Counted from the stretch's first letter, positions 17,486 to 27,150 are shown. The stretch is 48,244 bases of DNA from Actinomycetota bacterium (GCA_009886115.1 VFJJ01000123.1:1-48244), one strand, 5' to 3'. Program-made: numbers and translations. Notes: generated by a model from the sequence alone, not told the origin.

Positions 17486-18291
17486 AGGTCGTGCTGTTCT
17501 GCGGCGGCCTCGGGATGCGCATTCGCGACTACAGCGACAACATCCCGAAGCCCATGGTGCCCATCGGTTATCGACCAATCATGTGGCACGTGATGAAGTA
17601 CTACGCACATTTCGGCCACAATGATTTCGTCCTATGTCTCGGATATCGGGCGGACGTCATCAAGCGGTATTTCCTCGATTATGAGGAGTGCCTATCGAAT
17701 GACTTCGTGCTGAGCGGTGACGGTCGTGCGGCCGAGCCGCTCAAGACCGACATCACCGATTGGCGGATCACCTTCTGCGACACCGGGATCAACGCCAGCA
17801 TCGGCGAACGGCTCCGTGCCGTGAGACGCCATCTCGATGGGGAGGCGGAGTTCCTCGCCAACTACAGCGACGGGCTCACCGACTGCCCCCTCGACGATGT
17901 CGTCGAGTACCACCGGCGGATGGACGTCACCGCCACGTTCATGGCGGTGACCCCGAACGTGTCGTACCACTTCGTGCAGTCCGACGCCGACGGATACGTG
18001 CACAACATCGAAGCGGCGTCGAACATGGGGCTGCGCATCAACGGCGGCGGGTTCGTGCTCCGCAACGAGATCTTCGACGAGCTCCATCCCAAGGAGGACC
18101 TCGTCACCGACGCGCTCCCACGTCTCATGGCGCAGCATCGCGTGGCGGCGTTCCGATACGACGGCTTCTGGGCCAGCATGGACACCTTCAAGGACAAGCA
18201 GTCGCTCGACGAGATGCACTCGGCAGGGAACGCGCCTTGGGAGGTCTGGGAACGCGACGGCGATCCCCGCCCGGAGGCGGTCGGGGCGTGA
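17482..18291 (+). CDS. rfbF: Glucose-1-phosphate cytidylyltransferase-like sugar nucleotidyltransferase
   Basis: KVVLFCGGLGMR, PKPMVPIG, ANYSDGL and GFWASMDTFKD motifs; GTGA overlap with the upstream gene. Confidence 0.85.
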   Translation: MKVVLFCGGLGMRIRDYSDNIPKPMVPIGYRPIMWHVMKYYAHFGHNDFVLCLGYRADVIKRYFLDYEECLSNDFVLSGDGRAAEPLKTDITDWRITFCDTGINASIGERLRAVRRHLDGEAEFLANYSDGLTDCPLDDVVEYHRRMDVTATFMAVTPNVSYHFVQSDADGYVHNIEAASNMGLRINGGGFVLRNEIFDELHPKEDLVTDALPRLMAQHRVAAFRYDGFWASMDTFKDKQSLDEMHSAGNAPWEVWERDGDPRPEAVGA

Positions 18292-18938
18292 GCGCGCTCC
18301 GGCTGCCGGTCGAGATCCCCGAAGGACGCCCGCTGCGGGTCTTGGCGCTCGGGGCTCATGCCGACGACATCGAGATCGGCTGCGGCGGTACCCTCTTGCG
18401 CCTCGTCGAGGAGGTGCCCGGCCTCGAGATCGGCTGGGCCGTCTTCTCAGCACGGGGAGAGCGTCGATTCGAGGCCGAGCGGGCCGTCGAGCTCTTCGCC
18501 GGTGCGGCGGCCACGCACGTGGAGTTCCACGACTTCGACGACTCGTACTTCCCGGCCGCCTTCGCCGAGCTCAAGGACGCGCTCTTCGCATTGCGGGCCC
18601 GGTTCGTGCCCGACGTCGTGCTCACCCACGCTCGCGACGACGCCCACCAGGATCATCGGACGATCGCCGAGCTCACCTGGAACACCTGGCGTGACCACCT
18701 GGTCATGGAGTACGAGATCCCCAAATGGGATGGTGACCTGGGTCGCCCCAATTGCTATGTTCCGCTCAGCGAGACCCTGCTCGATCGCAAGATCGAACTC
18801 CTCCACAAGGCCTTCGTGTCCCAGGCATCGAAGCGGTGGTTTGCCCCATCGACGTTCAGAGGGCTGGCCCATCTCCGCGGGGTCGAGTGCAACGAGGTTG
18901 CAGCCGAGGCGTTCACGTTCCGCAAGCTCGTGCTCTGA
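18288..18938 (+). CDS. PIG-L/LmbE family deacetylase-like protein
   Basis: GAHADDIEIGCGG, DAHQDH and YEIPKWDGDLG motifs. Confidence 0.85.
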   Translation: MSALRLPVEIPEGRPLRVLALGAHADDIEIGCGGTLLRLVEEVPGLEIGWAVFSARGERRFEAERAVELFAGAAATHVEFHDFDDSYFPAAFAELKDALFALRARFVPDVVLTHARDDAHQDHRTIAELTWNTWRDHLVMEYEIPKWDGDLGRPNCYVPLSETLLDRKIELLHKAFVSQASKRWFAPSTFRGLAHLRGVECNEVAAEAFTFRKLVL

Positions 18939-18939
18939 C

Positions 18940-19899
18940 ATGGATCCCGAGCTCGCCCCTTCCGCCGCTTCGCTCGCAGCTGGTGGCTCGCCGCTGCCGT
19001 CCGACCACGTGAGCATTGGGCTGCCCGTCTACAACGGTGCTCGCTACCTGGCCGAGACGCTCGACGGTGCGCTGGCACAGACGCATCGGAACTTCTCGAT
19101 CATCGTGTCCGACAACGGCTCGACCGACGACACGTTGGCGATCCTCGATCGCTACGTTCGCCTCGACCCGCGCATCAGGGTGATCGCGCACGAGCGCAAC
19201 CGGGGCCCGGCGTGGAACTTCGAGTTCGTGCGCACACAGGCCGAGGGTTCCTACTTCAAGTGGATGGCCCACGACGATCTCCACGCCAGCACGTATCTCG
19301 AGCGGTGCGTGGCCGCCCTCGAAGCCGATCCCGAGGCCGTGATCGCCCAGCCCCGGGCGATCTACATCGACAGTGACGGAGCCGAGCTGCTGCGATCGTT
19401 CCGCAACGCTCCCGGACCCGCCGCCGGCCCCGCGGCCCGCTTGCGCTACGTGCTGGAGCGGGCCCACGACTTCACCTTCGGCTTCGGTGTGATCCGCATG
19501 CCCGCGCTACGCCAGCTCTCGCCGTGGCGATCACGGTACGGGGCCGACGAGCTGCTGCTGGCCGAGCTGGCGTTGCTGGGCCGGTTCGTCGAGCCGCACG
19601 CCCACCTCTTCATGAATCGCCTGCACCCCGGGCGATCGATGGTTGCCAACAGCGGCATCCGCCAACGCCTGTACTGGAACTCGTGGTGGGCGGCGACGCC
19701 AGCCCGGGGCGCCGAGTACCCGTCATGGCGCTTCCTCGCCGACCTCCTGGCCATCGTGCGCCGCAGTCCCATCTCGGTGGCTGAACGCCGCGAGTGCCTG
19801 TCGTCGATCGCACTGTGGATCAGGTGGTACTGGCCGCACTTGGCCATCGACGTTCCCCTCGGAATCGAGCAGTGGTGGCGAGTTCGATCCGCGTCGTAA
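18940..19899 (+). CDS. Glycosyltransferase family 2
   Basis: SIGLPVYNG, SDNGSTD and YFKWMAHDD motifs. Confidence 0.9.
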   Translation: MDPELAPSAASLAAGGSPLPSDHVSIGLPVYNGARYLAETLDGALAQTHRNFSIIVSDNGSTDDTLAILDRYVRLDPRIRVIAHERNRGPAWNFEFVRTQAEGSYFKWMAHDDLHASTYLERCVAALEADPEAVIAQPRAIYIDSDGAELLRSFRNAPGPAAGPAARLRYVLERAHDFTFGFGVIRMPALRQLSPWRSRYGADELLLAELALLGRFVEPHAHLFMNRLHPGRSMVANSGIRQRLYWNSWWAATPARGAEYPSWRFLADLLAIVRRSPISVAERRECLSSIALWIRWYWPHLAIDVPLGIEQWWRVRSAS

Positions 19900-20894
19900 A
19901 GACCTGGGAGGAGCTGGCCGCTGCCCGGGCGGCCTGGGTCGACCTCGTCGAACGCTCCGGCGCGCTCCCGACCGCGTCGCCCGAATGGGTGCTCCCCGGT
20001 TGGCGAGCGTTCGGGTCGGGGCGCCTCTGCAGCGTCATGGTCGACGATCCCGTCGACACGGGACGGCTGCTCGGTCTGGGTCTGTTCATCGAGAGTCGGG
20101 CTCCGGGGCCGCGCCTGGTGCGCTCGGTCGTGGCTTCGACCGGAGCCGTCGCCGAGATCCTGGTCGATCCCGACCATCCCGATCTGGCCCGCGAGATCGT
20201 GGTCGCGGCGTTGGGCTCGTCGCCGGCGCTGTTTCGCTGCTCGGCGTTCCTCGGTGGCGAGGGCCTGCGGGGAGCGACACTCGACGATGTCGCCGGTGCT
20301 GGTGGCGCCGGGCGGGCAACGGTGGTGCTCCGACCGAACGACGCGGGCACGACCCTGTGGGAACTGACGGTCGACGCGCTCGAGAGCGGGCTCTCGGGTG
20401 TGGCCGAGGCCGCCCGGGACGCCGGTCTCGAGGTCCGCCTCGGCCGTGACGTCGATGTCGACGAGAAGGCGTTCCGCCATCTCGACCACGTGTTCCACGG
20501 GCCCGAACCGGTGGACGGCGCCGATCGGCGGGCGGCGTTCGTCCCCGAGGTGCTCGACGGCTTCGCCCGTCACGGGCGCCTGGTGTGGCCCATCGTCACC
20601 CGGGGCGAGGAGATCGTGGCCACCAGCGCCTGGCTGGTCTCGGGTCACCGGGCGATGCTCTGGCTCCGGTGGGAACTCGATCCGGTCGACGGTCCGGGCG
20701 TCGACGTCGTCGCGGCGATCGAGCCGTTGCGCCGTGCGGGCGTCACGTCGATGGCCGTCTCCGACCGACTGGTGCTCCCGGCGTTCGCCGCGGTCACTCG
20801 ACGGGTGCCCGACCTCGTGGAGGTCACGAACCGTTCCTGGCTCGGGGCGGCCGGGCGCCTGTGCTCGCGAAGCGCAGCCCGGCGCCGGCGATGA
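19872..20894 (+). CDS. Divergent GNAT-fold protein (CelD/BcsL-like acyltransferase)
   Basis: N-terminus EELAAARAAWVDL...SPEWVLPGW resembles CelD/BcsL proteins; overlaps both neighbours in the operon. Confidence 0.55.
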   Translation: MVASSIRVVKTWEELAAARAAWVDLVERSGALPTASPEWVLPGWRAFGSGRLCSVMVDDPVDTGRLLGLGLFIESRAPGPRLVRSVVASTGAVAEILVDPDHPDLAREIVVAALGSSPALFRCSAFLGGEGLRGATLDDVAGAGGAGRATVVLRPNDAGTTLWELTVDALESGLSGVAEAARDAGLEVRLGRDVDVDEKAFRHLDHVFHGPEPVDGADRRAAFVPEVLDGFARHGRLVWPIVTRGEEIVATSAWLVSGHRAMLWLRWELDPVDGPGVDVVAAIEPLRRAGVTSMAVSDRLVLPAFAAVTRRVPDLVEVTNRSWLGAAGRLCSRSAARRRR

Positions 20895-22327
20895 CGTCGG
20901 GCCATCGGGAAGCCGCTGCGGCACAGATCGAACCGCAGGCGTCAGTGCCCTTCCGCGACCTCGAGGCCGACATCGTCGAACGTCTGCTCGTCGATCTCTA
21001 CCCGATCGGGCGATCGATCACCGGTGACGGCGTGCGGGCGACCCTGCACCGCATCGCGAACGAGATCCCCGACCTGGTCGTCCACGAGGTGCCGTCGGGC
21101 ACGGCCGTGCTCGACTGGGTGGTGCCCGACGAATGGAACCTGCGCCAGGCCTGGATCGCCGGGCCCGACGGCCGACGCCTGATCGACGTGGCCGACTCCT
21201 CGCTGCACGTCATGGGCTACTCGGAGCCGGTCCGAGCCACGATGACGCGCGACGAGTTGCTGGCCCATGTGCACACGCTCCCGACCCAGCCGACGCTCGT
21301 CCCGTACCGGACCTCGTATTACAAACGGGCCTGGGCGTTCTGCCTGAGCCACGACCAGCTCGACGCGCTCGGCGATGGTCCGTTCGACGTGTGCATCGAC
21401 GCGACCCTGGCCCCCGGCTCGTTGACCTACGGGGAGTTGACGATCCCGGTCAGCACCGGAGTGGTCGACGAGGGCGAGGTGCTCCTGAGCACCCACGTGT
21501 GCCATCCGGGCCTGGCCAACGACAACCTCACGGGCATTGCCGCGCTCGTCGCGATGGCCCGGCGCCTGGCGGCTGCTCCGCTGCGACGACACACCGTGAG
21601 GATGCTCTTCATTCCCGGGACCATCGGCGCGATCGCCTGGCTGGCGACGCATCGGGCCGAGGTCGAGCACATCCGGGCCGGCCTGGTGGTGACCGGCCTG
21701 GGCGACGCTGGGGGGCTGGTGTACAAGCGCAGCCGGAGGGGAACGACGCTCGTCGACCGGGCCGCGCATCACGTGCTCGGACGGGCCTCGACGCAGGGCG
21801 TGGCTCCGCGGATCGTCGACTTCTCGCCCTACGGCTACGACGAGCGGCAATTCTGCTCCCCGGGCTTCGATCTCCCGGTCGGACGGCTCACGCGCACTCC
21901 GCACGGCGAGTACCCCGAGTACCACACCTCGGGCGACGACCTGTCGTTCGTTTCGGCGAGCCAGGTGCTGTCCGCGGTCGACGACATCGAGGCCATCGTG
22001 GCCGTGGTCGACCGGAACGCCACCTACGTGAACCTGGCTCCGTTCGGTGAGCCGCAGTTGGGTCGCCGCGGTCTCTACGGCGACACCGGCGGCACCCGTC
22101 CCGGCGTCGAGATGGGCTATCTCTGGCTGCTGTCGTGCTCGGACGGCTCGAGCGACCTGCTGGCCGTCGCCGAGCGATCGGGGCTGCCGGTCGACGACCT
22201 GGCCGACGCCGCCGACCGTCTGGTGGCCGCGGGCCTGCTGCAGCGGATCGCCTCGGACCCGAGCGGCCCCGAAGCGGGTGCAGGGCTCGAAGCCGTTGCC
22301 GACACTCAGGTCCCGGCGACCTCGTAG
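20891..22327 (+). CDS. DUF4910 (M28 aminopeptidase-like fold with C-terminal wHTH) protein
   Basis: RSITGDGVR, DWVVPDEW, PYRTSYY, THVCHP.LANDN, GYDERQFCSPG, YPEYHTS and GEPQLGRRGLY motifs. Confidence 0.88.
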   Translation: MTSGHREAAAAQIEPQASVPFRDLEADIVERLLVDLYPIGRSITGDGVRATLHRIANEIPDLVVHEVPSGTAVLDWVVPDEWNLRQAWIAGPDGRRLIDVADSSLHVMGYSEPVRATMTRDELLAHVHTLPTQPTLVPYRTSYYKRAWAFCLSHDQLDALGDGPFDVCIDATLAPGSLTYGELTIPVSTGVVDEGEVLLSTHVCHPGLANDNLTGIAALVAMARRLAAAPLRRHTVRMLFIPGTIGAIAWLATHRAEVEHIRAGLVVTGLGDAGGLVYKRSRRGTTLVDRAAHHVLGRASTQGVAPRIVDFSPYGYDERQFCSPGFDLPVGRLTRTPHGEYPEYHTSGDDLSFVSASQVLSAVDDIEAIVAVVDRNATYVNLAPFGEPQLGRRGLYGDTGGTRPGVEMGYLWLLSCSDGSSDLLAVAERSGLPVDDLADAADRLVAAGLLQRIASDPSGPEAGAGLEAVADTQVPATS

Positions 22328-22845
22328 GGCGCAGCGGCATCGTCCTTCGTGGAGATCCGGGCGATGGGCACGGGCCAGGTGATCGCGAACGCCGGCGAGA
22401 GGTGGTGGGCCCCTCGCTCGTGCTCGGGGCTGTAACGCTCGCTCATCTGGTACGTGATCTCGGTGTCGTCGGTGAGGGTGACGTAGCCGTGGGCGAACAG
22501 CGGCGGCACGTACAGGGCCCGACGGTTGTCGGCACTCAGCTCCACGGCGATGTTTCGGAGGTGGGTGGGGGAGTCGGGGCGCAGGTCGACGATCACGTCC
22601 CAGATGGCGCCCCTCGTGCACCGGACGAGCTTGGCCTCGGCGGCCGGGGGCACCTGGTGGTGCATGCCCCGCAAGGTCCCTGCGACGTGGTTGTACGCGA
22701 TGGAGCACTGGGCCACGACCGGGCTGAGCCCGTGCGCCTCGAACTCGTCCCGGCAGAACGTCCGGGCGAAGAAACCGCGATCGTCGCCGCGGCGATCGAC
22801 GTCGACGAAGAACGCGCCGGGGAGCTCGGTCTCGGTGAAGATCAC
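22306..22845 (-). CDS. rfbC: dTDP-4-dehydrorhamnose 3,5-epimerase family protein
   Basis: DDRGFFAR, GTLRGMH, AKLVRC.RGAI.DV.VDLRPDSPT and FAHGY motifs. Confidence 0.9.
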   Translation of the reverse strand: MIFTETELPGAFFVDVDRRGDDRGFFARTFCRDEFEAHGLSPVVAQCSIAYNHVAGTLRGMHHQVPPAAEAKLVRCTRGAIWDVIVDLRPDSPTHLRNIAVELSADNRRALYVPPLFAHGYVTLTDDTEITYQMSERYSPEHERGAHHLSPAFAITWPVPIARISTKDDAAAPYEVAGT

Positions 22846-22905
22846 GCCAGTCGGCTCCCTGCGCTCGCTGAGCGATCGACGAACGGTGAACGTAGCATCG
22901 CCCAC

Positions 22906-23946
22906 ATGGAATACCGATTGCTCGGTGACACCGGGATCCGCGTCAGCTCGTACTGCCTCGGCGCCATGATGTTCGGCGAGGTCGGCAACCCCGACCACGA
23001 CGAGTGCATCCGCATGACCCACCGGGCACTTGACGCTGGTGTCAACTTCATCGACACGGCCGACCGGTACTCGATGGGCGAGTCGGAGGTCATCGTCGGC
23101 AAGGCGCTCAAGAACCGCCGTGACGACGTGGTGATCGCCACGAAGTTCCACGGCCCCATGGGTCCCGACCGCAACCAGCAGGGTGGGTCGCGCCGGTGGA
23201 TCGTGCGTGCGGTCGAGGATTCGCTGCGGCGGCTCGACACCGACCGGATCGACCTGTACCAGCACCATCGGCCCGACTGGGACACCGACCCCGAGGAGAC
23301 GCTCTCGGCGCTCACCGACCTGGTGCGTCAGGGCAAGATCCGCTCGATCGGCACCTCGACGTTCCCGGCCGAGCGGATCGTCGAGATGCAGTGGATCTCA
23401 CAACGACGCGGGTTGGAGCGGGTGCGCTGCGAGCAGCCGCCGTACTCGATCTTCGTCCGGTCGATCGAGCGGGCCGTGCTGCCCACCTGCGCCCGGTACG
23501 GGATGGGCGTGATCGTCTGGTCACCGCTCAACGGTGGATGGCTGGCCGGGCGCTACCGCAAGGGTGAGCAGCCGCCCGAGGGGTCGCGCGCCGCCCGGCG
23601 GTTCGTGTCGAGGAAGCGATGGTCGGAGGAGATGAACCCGGCCGTGGGGCGCAAGCTCGACCTCGTCGAGGAGCTTCGTTTCATCGCCGACGGCGCCGGG
23701 ATCACCTTGTCGCACTTGGCGCATGCCTTCGTGCTCGAGCACCCGGCAGTGACCTCGGCCATCATCGGGCCGCGGATCCCCGAGCAGCTCGACGATGCGC
23801 TGGCCGGCGTCGACGTGCGCCTGAGCGCCGACGTGCTCGATGCCATCGACGGACTCTGCCCACCGGGTTCCGACGTCGACCCCGGCGACATGGTCCTGAT
23901 GCTGCCGTGGATGGCCGTGAGCGAGCGCCGCCGCCGCGGCGTGTGA
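22906..23946 (+). CDS. Aldo/keto reductase
   Basis: GVNFIDTADRY, IATKF, SLRRLDTDRIDLYQ and WSPL.GG.L motifs; TAGCAT lies 7 nt before the ATG. Confidence 0.92.
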   Translation: MEYRLLGDTGIRVSSYCLGAMMFGEVGNPDHDECIRMTHRALDAGVNFIDTADRYSMGESEVIVGKALKNRRDDVVIATKFHGPMGPDRNQQGGSRRWIVRAVEDSLRRLDTDRIDLYQHHRPDWDTDPEETLSALTDLVRQGKIRSIGTSTFPAERIVEMQWISQRRGLERVRCEQPPYSIFVRSIERAVLPTCARYGMGVIVWSPLNGGWLAGRYRKGEQPPEGSRAARRFVSRKRWSEEMNPAVGRKLDLVEELRFIADGAGITLSHLAHAFVLEHPAVTSAIIGPRIPEQLDDALAGVDVRLSADVLDAIDGLCPPGSDVDPGDMVLMLPWMAVSERRRRGV

Positions 23947-23959
23947 CGCCCGAAGTGTG

Positions 23960-23992
23960 CGCGGAATTGCTCATGACATGAGCAATTCCGCG
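23960..23992. terminator. Perfect 16-bp inverted repeat between convergent genes (bidirectional terminator or REP-like element)
   Basis: CGCGGAATTGCTCATG-A-CATGAGCAATTCCGCG. Confidence 0.65.
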
Positions 23993-24012
23993 TAAGATTG
24001 GTGTCGGGGGGT

Positions 24013-25170
24013 TCAGAGGCTGCGGTAGACGGCGTCGAGGAGGGCTGAGGCGCGCAGGTCGCCTTGCGGCTCGTGGCACTGGTTCATCACGTAGCCGATG
24101 GCCAGCCCGGCGTCGGGGTCGGCCATGCCCAAGGAACCGTAGGCGCCACCGTGGCCGAACGACCGGGGTCCGGGTCCGAGCCGCAGGTACGCCCCGGGGA
24201 GCATGTACCCCAGACCGAAGTGCGTGTCGGCACCGATCGTGCGGTCGGGGCCGCGGCACTGGCTCGTGGTCGCGGCCTCGAGGGTCGCGGCGGGGAAGAG
24301 CCGACCGTCGATCACCGCGGCGTACACCCGAGCCAGTCCTCGGGCGTTGCCGTGCCCGTTGGCACCGGGGATGGCCGATCGCCTCCAGGCGTCCGTGTTG
24401 ACGATCGGCGGGGTCAGCAGCGCGGGATCATCGATCCGCTCGACGGTCATGGGGTCGATCCCCAACGCGGCCATGGCGATGGGCCCGAGCATCGTGTCGG
24501 GCCCGGGCATGAGCATCGGGTTCACCCGGCCGTCGTCGGCCGGATCGATCCCGATCATCACGTCGGCGCCGAGCGGCCCGGCGACCTCCTCGGCGAGGAA
24601 CTGCCCGATCGGGCGCCCGTCGACCCGGCGCACGATCTCGCCGACGAGATGACCGAAGCTCAGCGTGTGGTAGCCGTGGGCCGTGCCCGGTTGCCAGTGG
24701 GGCGCTTCGGCGGCCAGCGCGCTGCACACGCCGTCCCAGTCGAACAGGCCGCCCGCCGGGAGGGGTTCTCGAAGGCGGTTGAGCCCAGCCTGGTGCGAGA
24801 GCACCTGGCGGACCGTCACCTCGTCCTTGCCCGCGGCGGCGAACTCGGGCCAGTACCGGGCGACGGGCGCGTCGTGGTCGACGAGGCCGCGGCCGTGGAG
24901 GACGTGGAGACAAGTTGCAGCCATGGCCTTGGTGCAGCTGAAGAAGCACACGACGTCGTCGCGCTTCCAGGCGTGCTGCTCGGCCGGATCGCGAAAACCT
25001 CCCCACAGATCCACCACCGGGTGCCCGTCGACGAGCACGCACAGCGCGGCACCCACGTCGCCCCGCTCGGCGAACGATGCCACGAACGCCTCCCGAACCC
25101 CGGCGAAGCGAGGTTCGCACAGGCCTTCGACCGTGATGTCGACGTTGGCGGGTCGGCTGGCCTCGTTCAC
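24013..25170 (-). CDS. Beta-lactamase-family serine hydrolase (family VIII esterase)
   Basis: FSCTK (SxxK), LSHQAGL, PGTAHGYH and FGHGGAYGS motifs; GAGGAG RBS. Confidence 0.9.
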   Translation of the reverse strand: MNEASRPANVDITVEGLCEPRFAGVREAFVASFAERGDVGAALCVLVDGHPVVDLWGGFRDPAEQHAWKRDDVVCFFSCTKAMAATCLHVLHGRGLVDHDAPVARYWPEFAAAGKDEVTVRQVLSHQAGLNRLREPLPAGGLFDWDGVCSALAAEAPHWQPGTAHGYHTLSFGHLVGEIVRRVDGRPIGQFLAEEVAGPLGADVMIGIDPADDGRVNPMLMPGPDTMLGPIAMAALGIDPMTVERIDDPALLTPPIVNTDAWRRSAIPGANGHGNARGLARVYAAVIDGRLFPAATLEAATTSQCRGPDRTIGADTHFGLGYMLPGAYLRLGPGPRSFGHGGAYGSLGMADPDAGLAIGYVMNQCHEPQGDLRASALLDAVYRSL

Positions 25171-25314
25171 CGCTGTCTCCTCGGCTCGGTGCGCTGCAAC
25201 CGTGGCGGCCCTCGGCCGGGTCTGACTCGGCCGGGACGGCCATGCTGTTCCGGCCGGCCATGTCGGCCGGAGTCGGTCGGGGTGGGGCGCCGCCGGGAGC
25301 GTACGCTCGGCTGC

Positions 25315-26307
25315 ATGGTCGCGTCGGTGATCCGCCTGGGTGTGAGCTCGTGTCTGCTCGGCGAGCGGGTCCGGTTCGACGGTGGACACAAACGTGACGG
25401 GTACCTGGTGGGCACCGTCGGTCCGCTCGTCGAGTTCGTGACCATGTGCCCCGAGATCGAGATGGGTCTGGCGGTGCCCCGCGAGGCGATCCGGCTCGTC
25501 GCGGTGGCTGTTGCCGACGGGGCCGACGATCCGTCGGCCCAGACGGCGAAGCCCATACGCCTCGTCGGCCGTCGCTCGGGGATCGACCACACGGAGCGGA
25601 TGGCCCTGTGGGCCGAGCGCCGCTTCGCGGAGCTCGCCGCCGCGCCATTCGACGGGTTCGTGCTCAAGCGGGGTTCACCGTCGTGCGGGCTCAAGGCCAA
25701 GGTGTACGACGAGTCGGGGATGCCGTCGACGATGGCGAAGGGCCGTTTCGCCGAGGCGCTCACGCAGCGCTGGCCCCATCTCCCCGTCGAGGACGACGGT
25801 CGGCTCCAAGATCCGGCGCTGCGCGAGCATTTCTTCGTGCGGGTCTTCGCCCACCACCGTTGGCGGGCGTTCCTCGCGAGCGGTCCAACGACCCGCGATC
25901 TCGTGGAGTTCCACAGCGCCCACAAGTACCTGCTCCTGGCTCACAGCCCGGCCCACGCCAAGGCGCTGGGACCGCTCGTGGCCGATGCGGGCCGACGGGC
26001 GTTCCCCGAGGCCCTGGCCGAGTACGAGGAGCTGTTCTTCTCGGCGATGGCGGTTCAGGCCACCGTCGGCAAGCACGTCAACGTGCTCCAGCACCTGGCG
26101 GGCTTCGTGAAGGACGCCATCGACGCTGATGACCGAGCCGAGCTGGCGGGTCTCGTCGACGACTATCGGGCCGGCATCGTCCCTCTCCTCGTGCCCGTGA
26201 CCCTCCTCCGACACCATCTGCTCAAGCGCGGGGTGCACGAGTGGGCCCGTCATCAGGTGTACCTGGCGCCCCATCCGAAGGAGTTGGCGCTGCGCACCGG
26301 ATGGTGA
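25315..26307 (+). CDS. DUF523 + DUF1722 (YbbK/YbgA-like) protein
   Basis: GVSSCLLGERVRFDGGHK, CPEIEMG, SPSCG, FHSAHKYLLLAH and NVLQH motifs. Confidence 0.88.
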   Translation: MVASVIRLGVSSCLLGERVRFDGGHKRDGYLVGTVGPLVEFVTMCPEIEMGLAVPREAIRLVAVAVADGADDPSAQTAKPIRLVGRRSGIDHTERMALWAERRFAELAAAPFDGFVLKRGSPSCGLKAKVYDESGMPSTMAKGRFAEALTQRWPHLPVEDDGRLQDPALREHFFVRVFAHHRWRAFLASGPTTRDLVEFHSAHKYLLLAHSPAHAKALGPLVADAGRRAFPEALAEYEELFFSAMAVQATVGKHVNVLQHLAGFVKDAIDADDRAELAGLVDDYRAGIVPLLVPVTLLRHHLLKRGVHEWARHQVYLAPHPKELALRTGW

Positions 26308-26394
26308 GAGCGAGATAGCGTCCGAACCGATCACGCGAGCACTCGATCGCTCGCTGGCGCGGTCGCACGGGGACGAACACGAAACGGGGGCGGG

Positions 26395-27150
26395 ATGGTC
26401 GCATCGCTCGACGGTAAGGTCGCCATGGTCACCGGGGCCGCGGGTGGCATCGGCTCGGCCTACGCCCGGGCGCTCGCCGAGGCGGGCGCGGCGGTCGTCG
26501 TCGCCGACGTGAACACCGAGGGCGTCAAGACCCAGACCGACGCGCTGCTGGCGGGCGGCCACCAGGCGATGGGCATCACGATCGACATCGGCGACGAAGC
26601 GAGCGTGCGCGACGGTGTCGCTCGCGTCGTGGGCACGCTCGGTGGAGTCGACATCCTCGTCAACAACGCCGCGATGATGGCCGAGATCGGCTACGGCACG
26701 GTGAGCGACATCCCTGTTGACCTGTGGCGCAAGGTGATCGACGTCAACCTCACCGGCGCGCTCTTGTGCATCCAGGCCGTGGTGCCGTCGATGAAAGAGC
26801 GCGGCGGCGGCAAGATCGTGAACCAGTCCTCGGGCGGGGCGTTCGTCGCCGGAGGGGTCTACGGGGTCTCGAAGCTGGCGCTCGTTTCGCTCACCGTCAC
26901 GCTGGCTCGTGAGCTCGCGCCGTTCAAGATCAACGTCAACTCGATCGCACCCGGCTTCGTGAACACCGAAGCGGGCCTGCGGGCGACACCCGACGAGATG
27001 GCCGCCATGCGCGATCTCATGGCGCCGTTGAAGGGACTGGGTGAGACCGACGATCTCCTGGGCGCGCTGCTCCTGCTCGTCACCGACGCCGGATCGTGGA
27101 TCACCGGCCAGACCATCAACGTCGACGGCGGCTGGGTGATGAGGATCTGA
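26395..27150 (+). CDS. Classical SDR oxidoreductase
   Basis: TGAAGGIG, LVNNA, YGVSK and ITGQTINVDGG motifs. Confidence 0.9.
   Translation: MVASLDGKVAMVTGAAGGIGSAYARALAEAGAAVVVADVNTEGVKTQTDALLAGGHQAMGITIDIGDEASVRDGVARVVGTLGGVDILVNNAAMMAEIGYGTVSDIPVDLWRKVIDVNLTGALLCIQAVVPSMKERGGGKIVNQSSGGAFVAGGVYGVSKLALVSLTVTLARELAPFKINVNSIAPGFVNTEAGLRATPDEMAAMRDLMAPLKGLGETDDLLGALLLLVTDAGSWITGQTINVDGGWVMRI

Noticed and set aside
24013..25170. Beta-lactam resistance gene
   Set aside because: The motifs fit family VIII esterase-like serine hydrolases, and there is no signal peptide.
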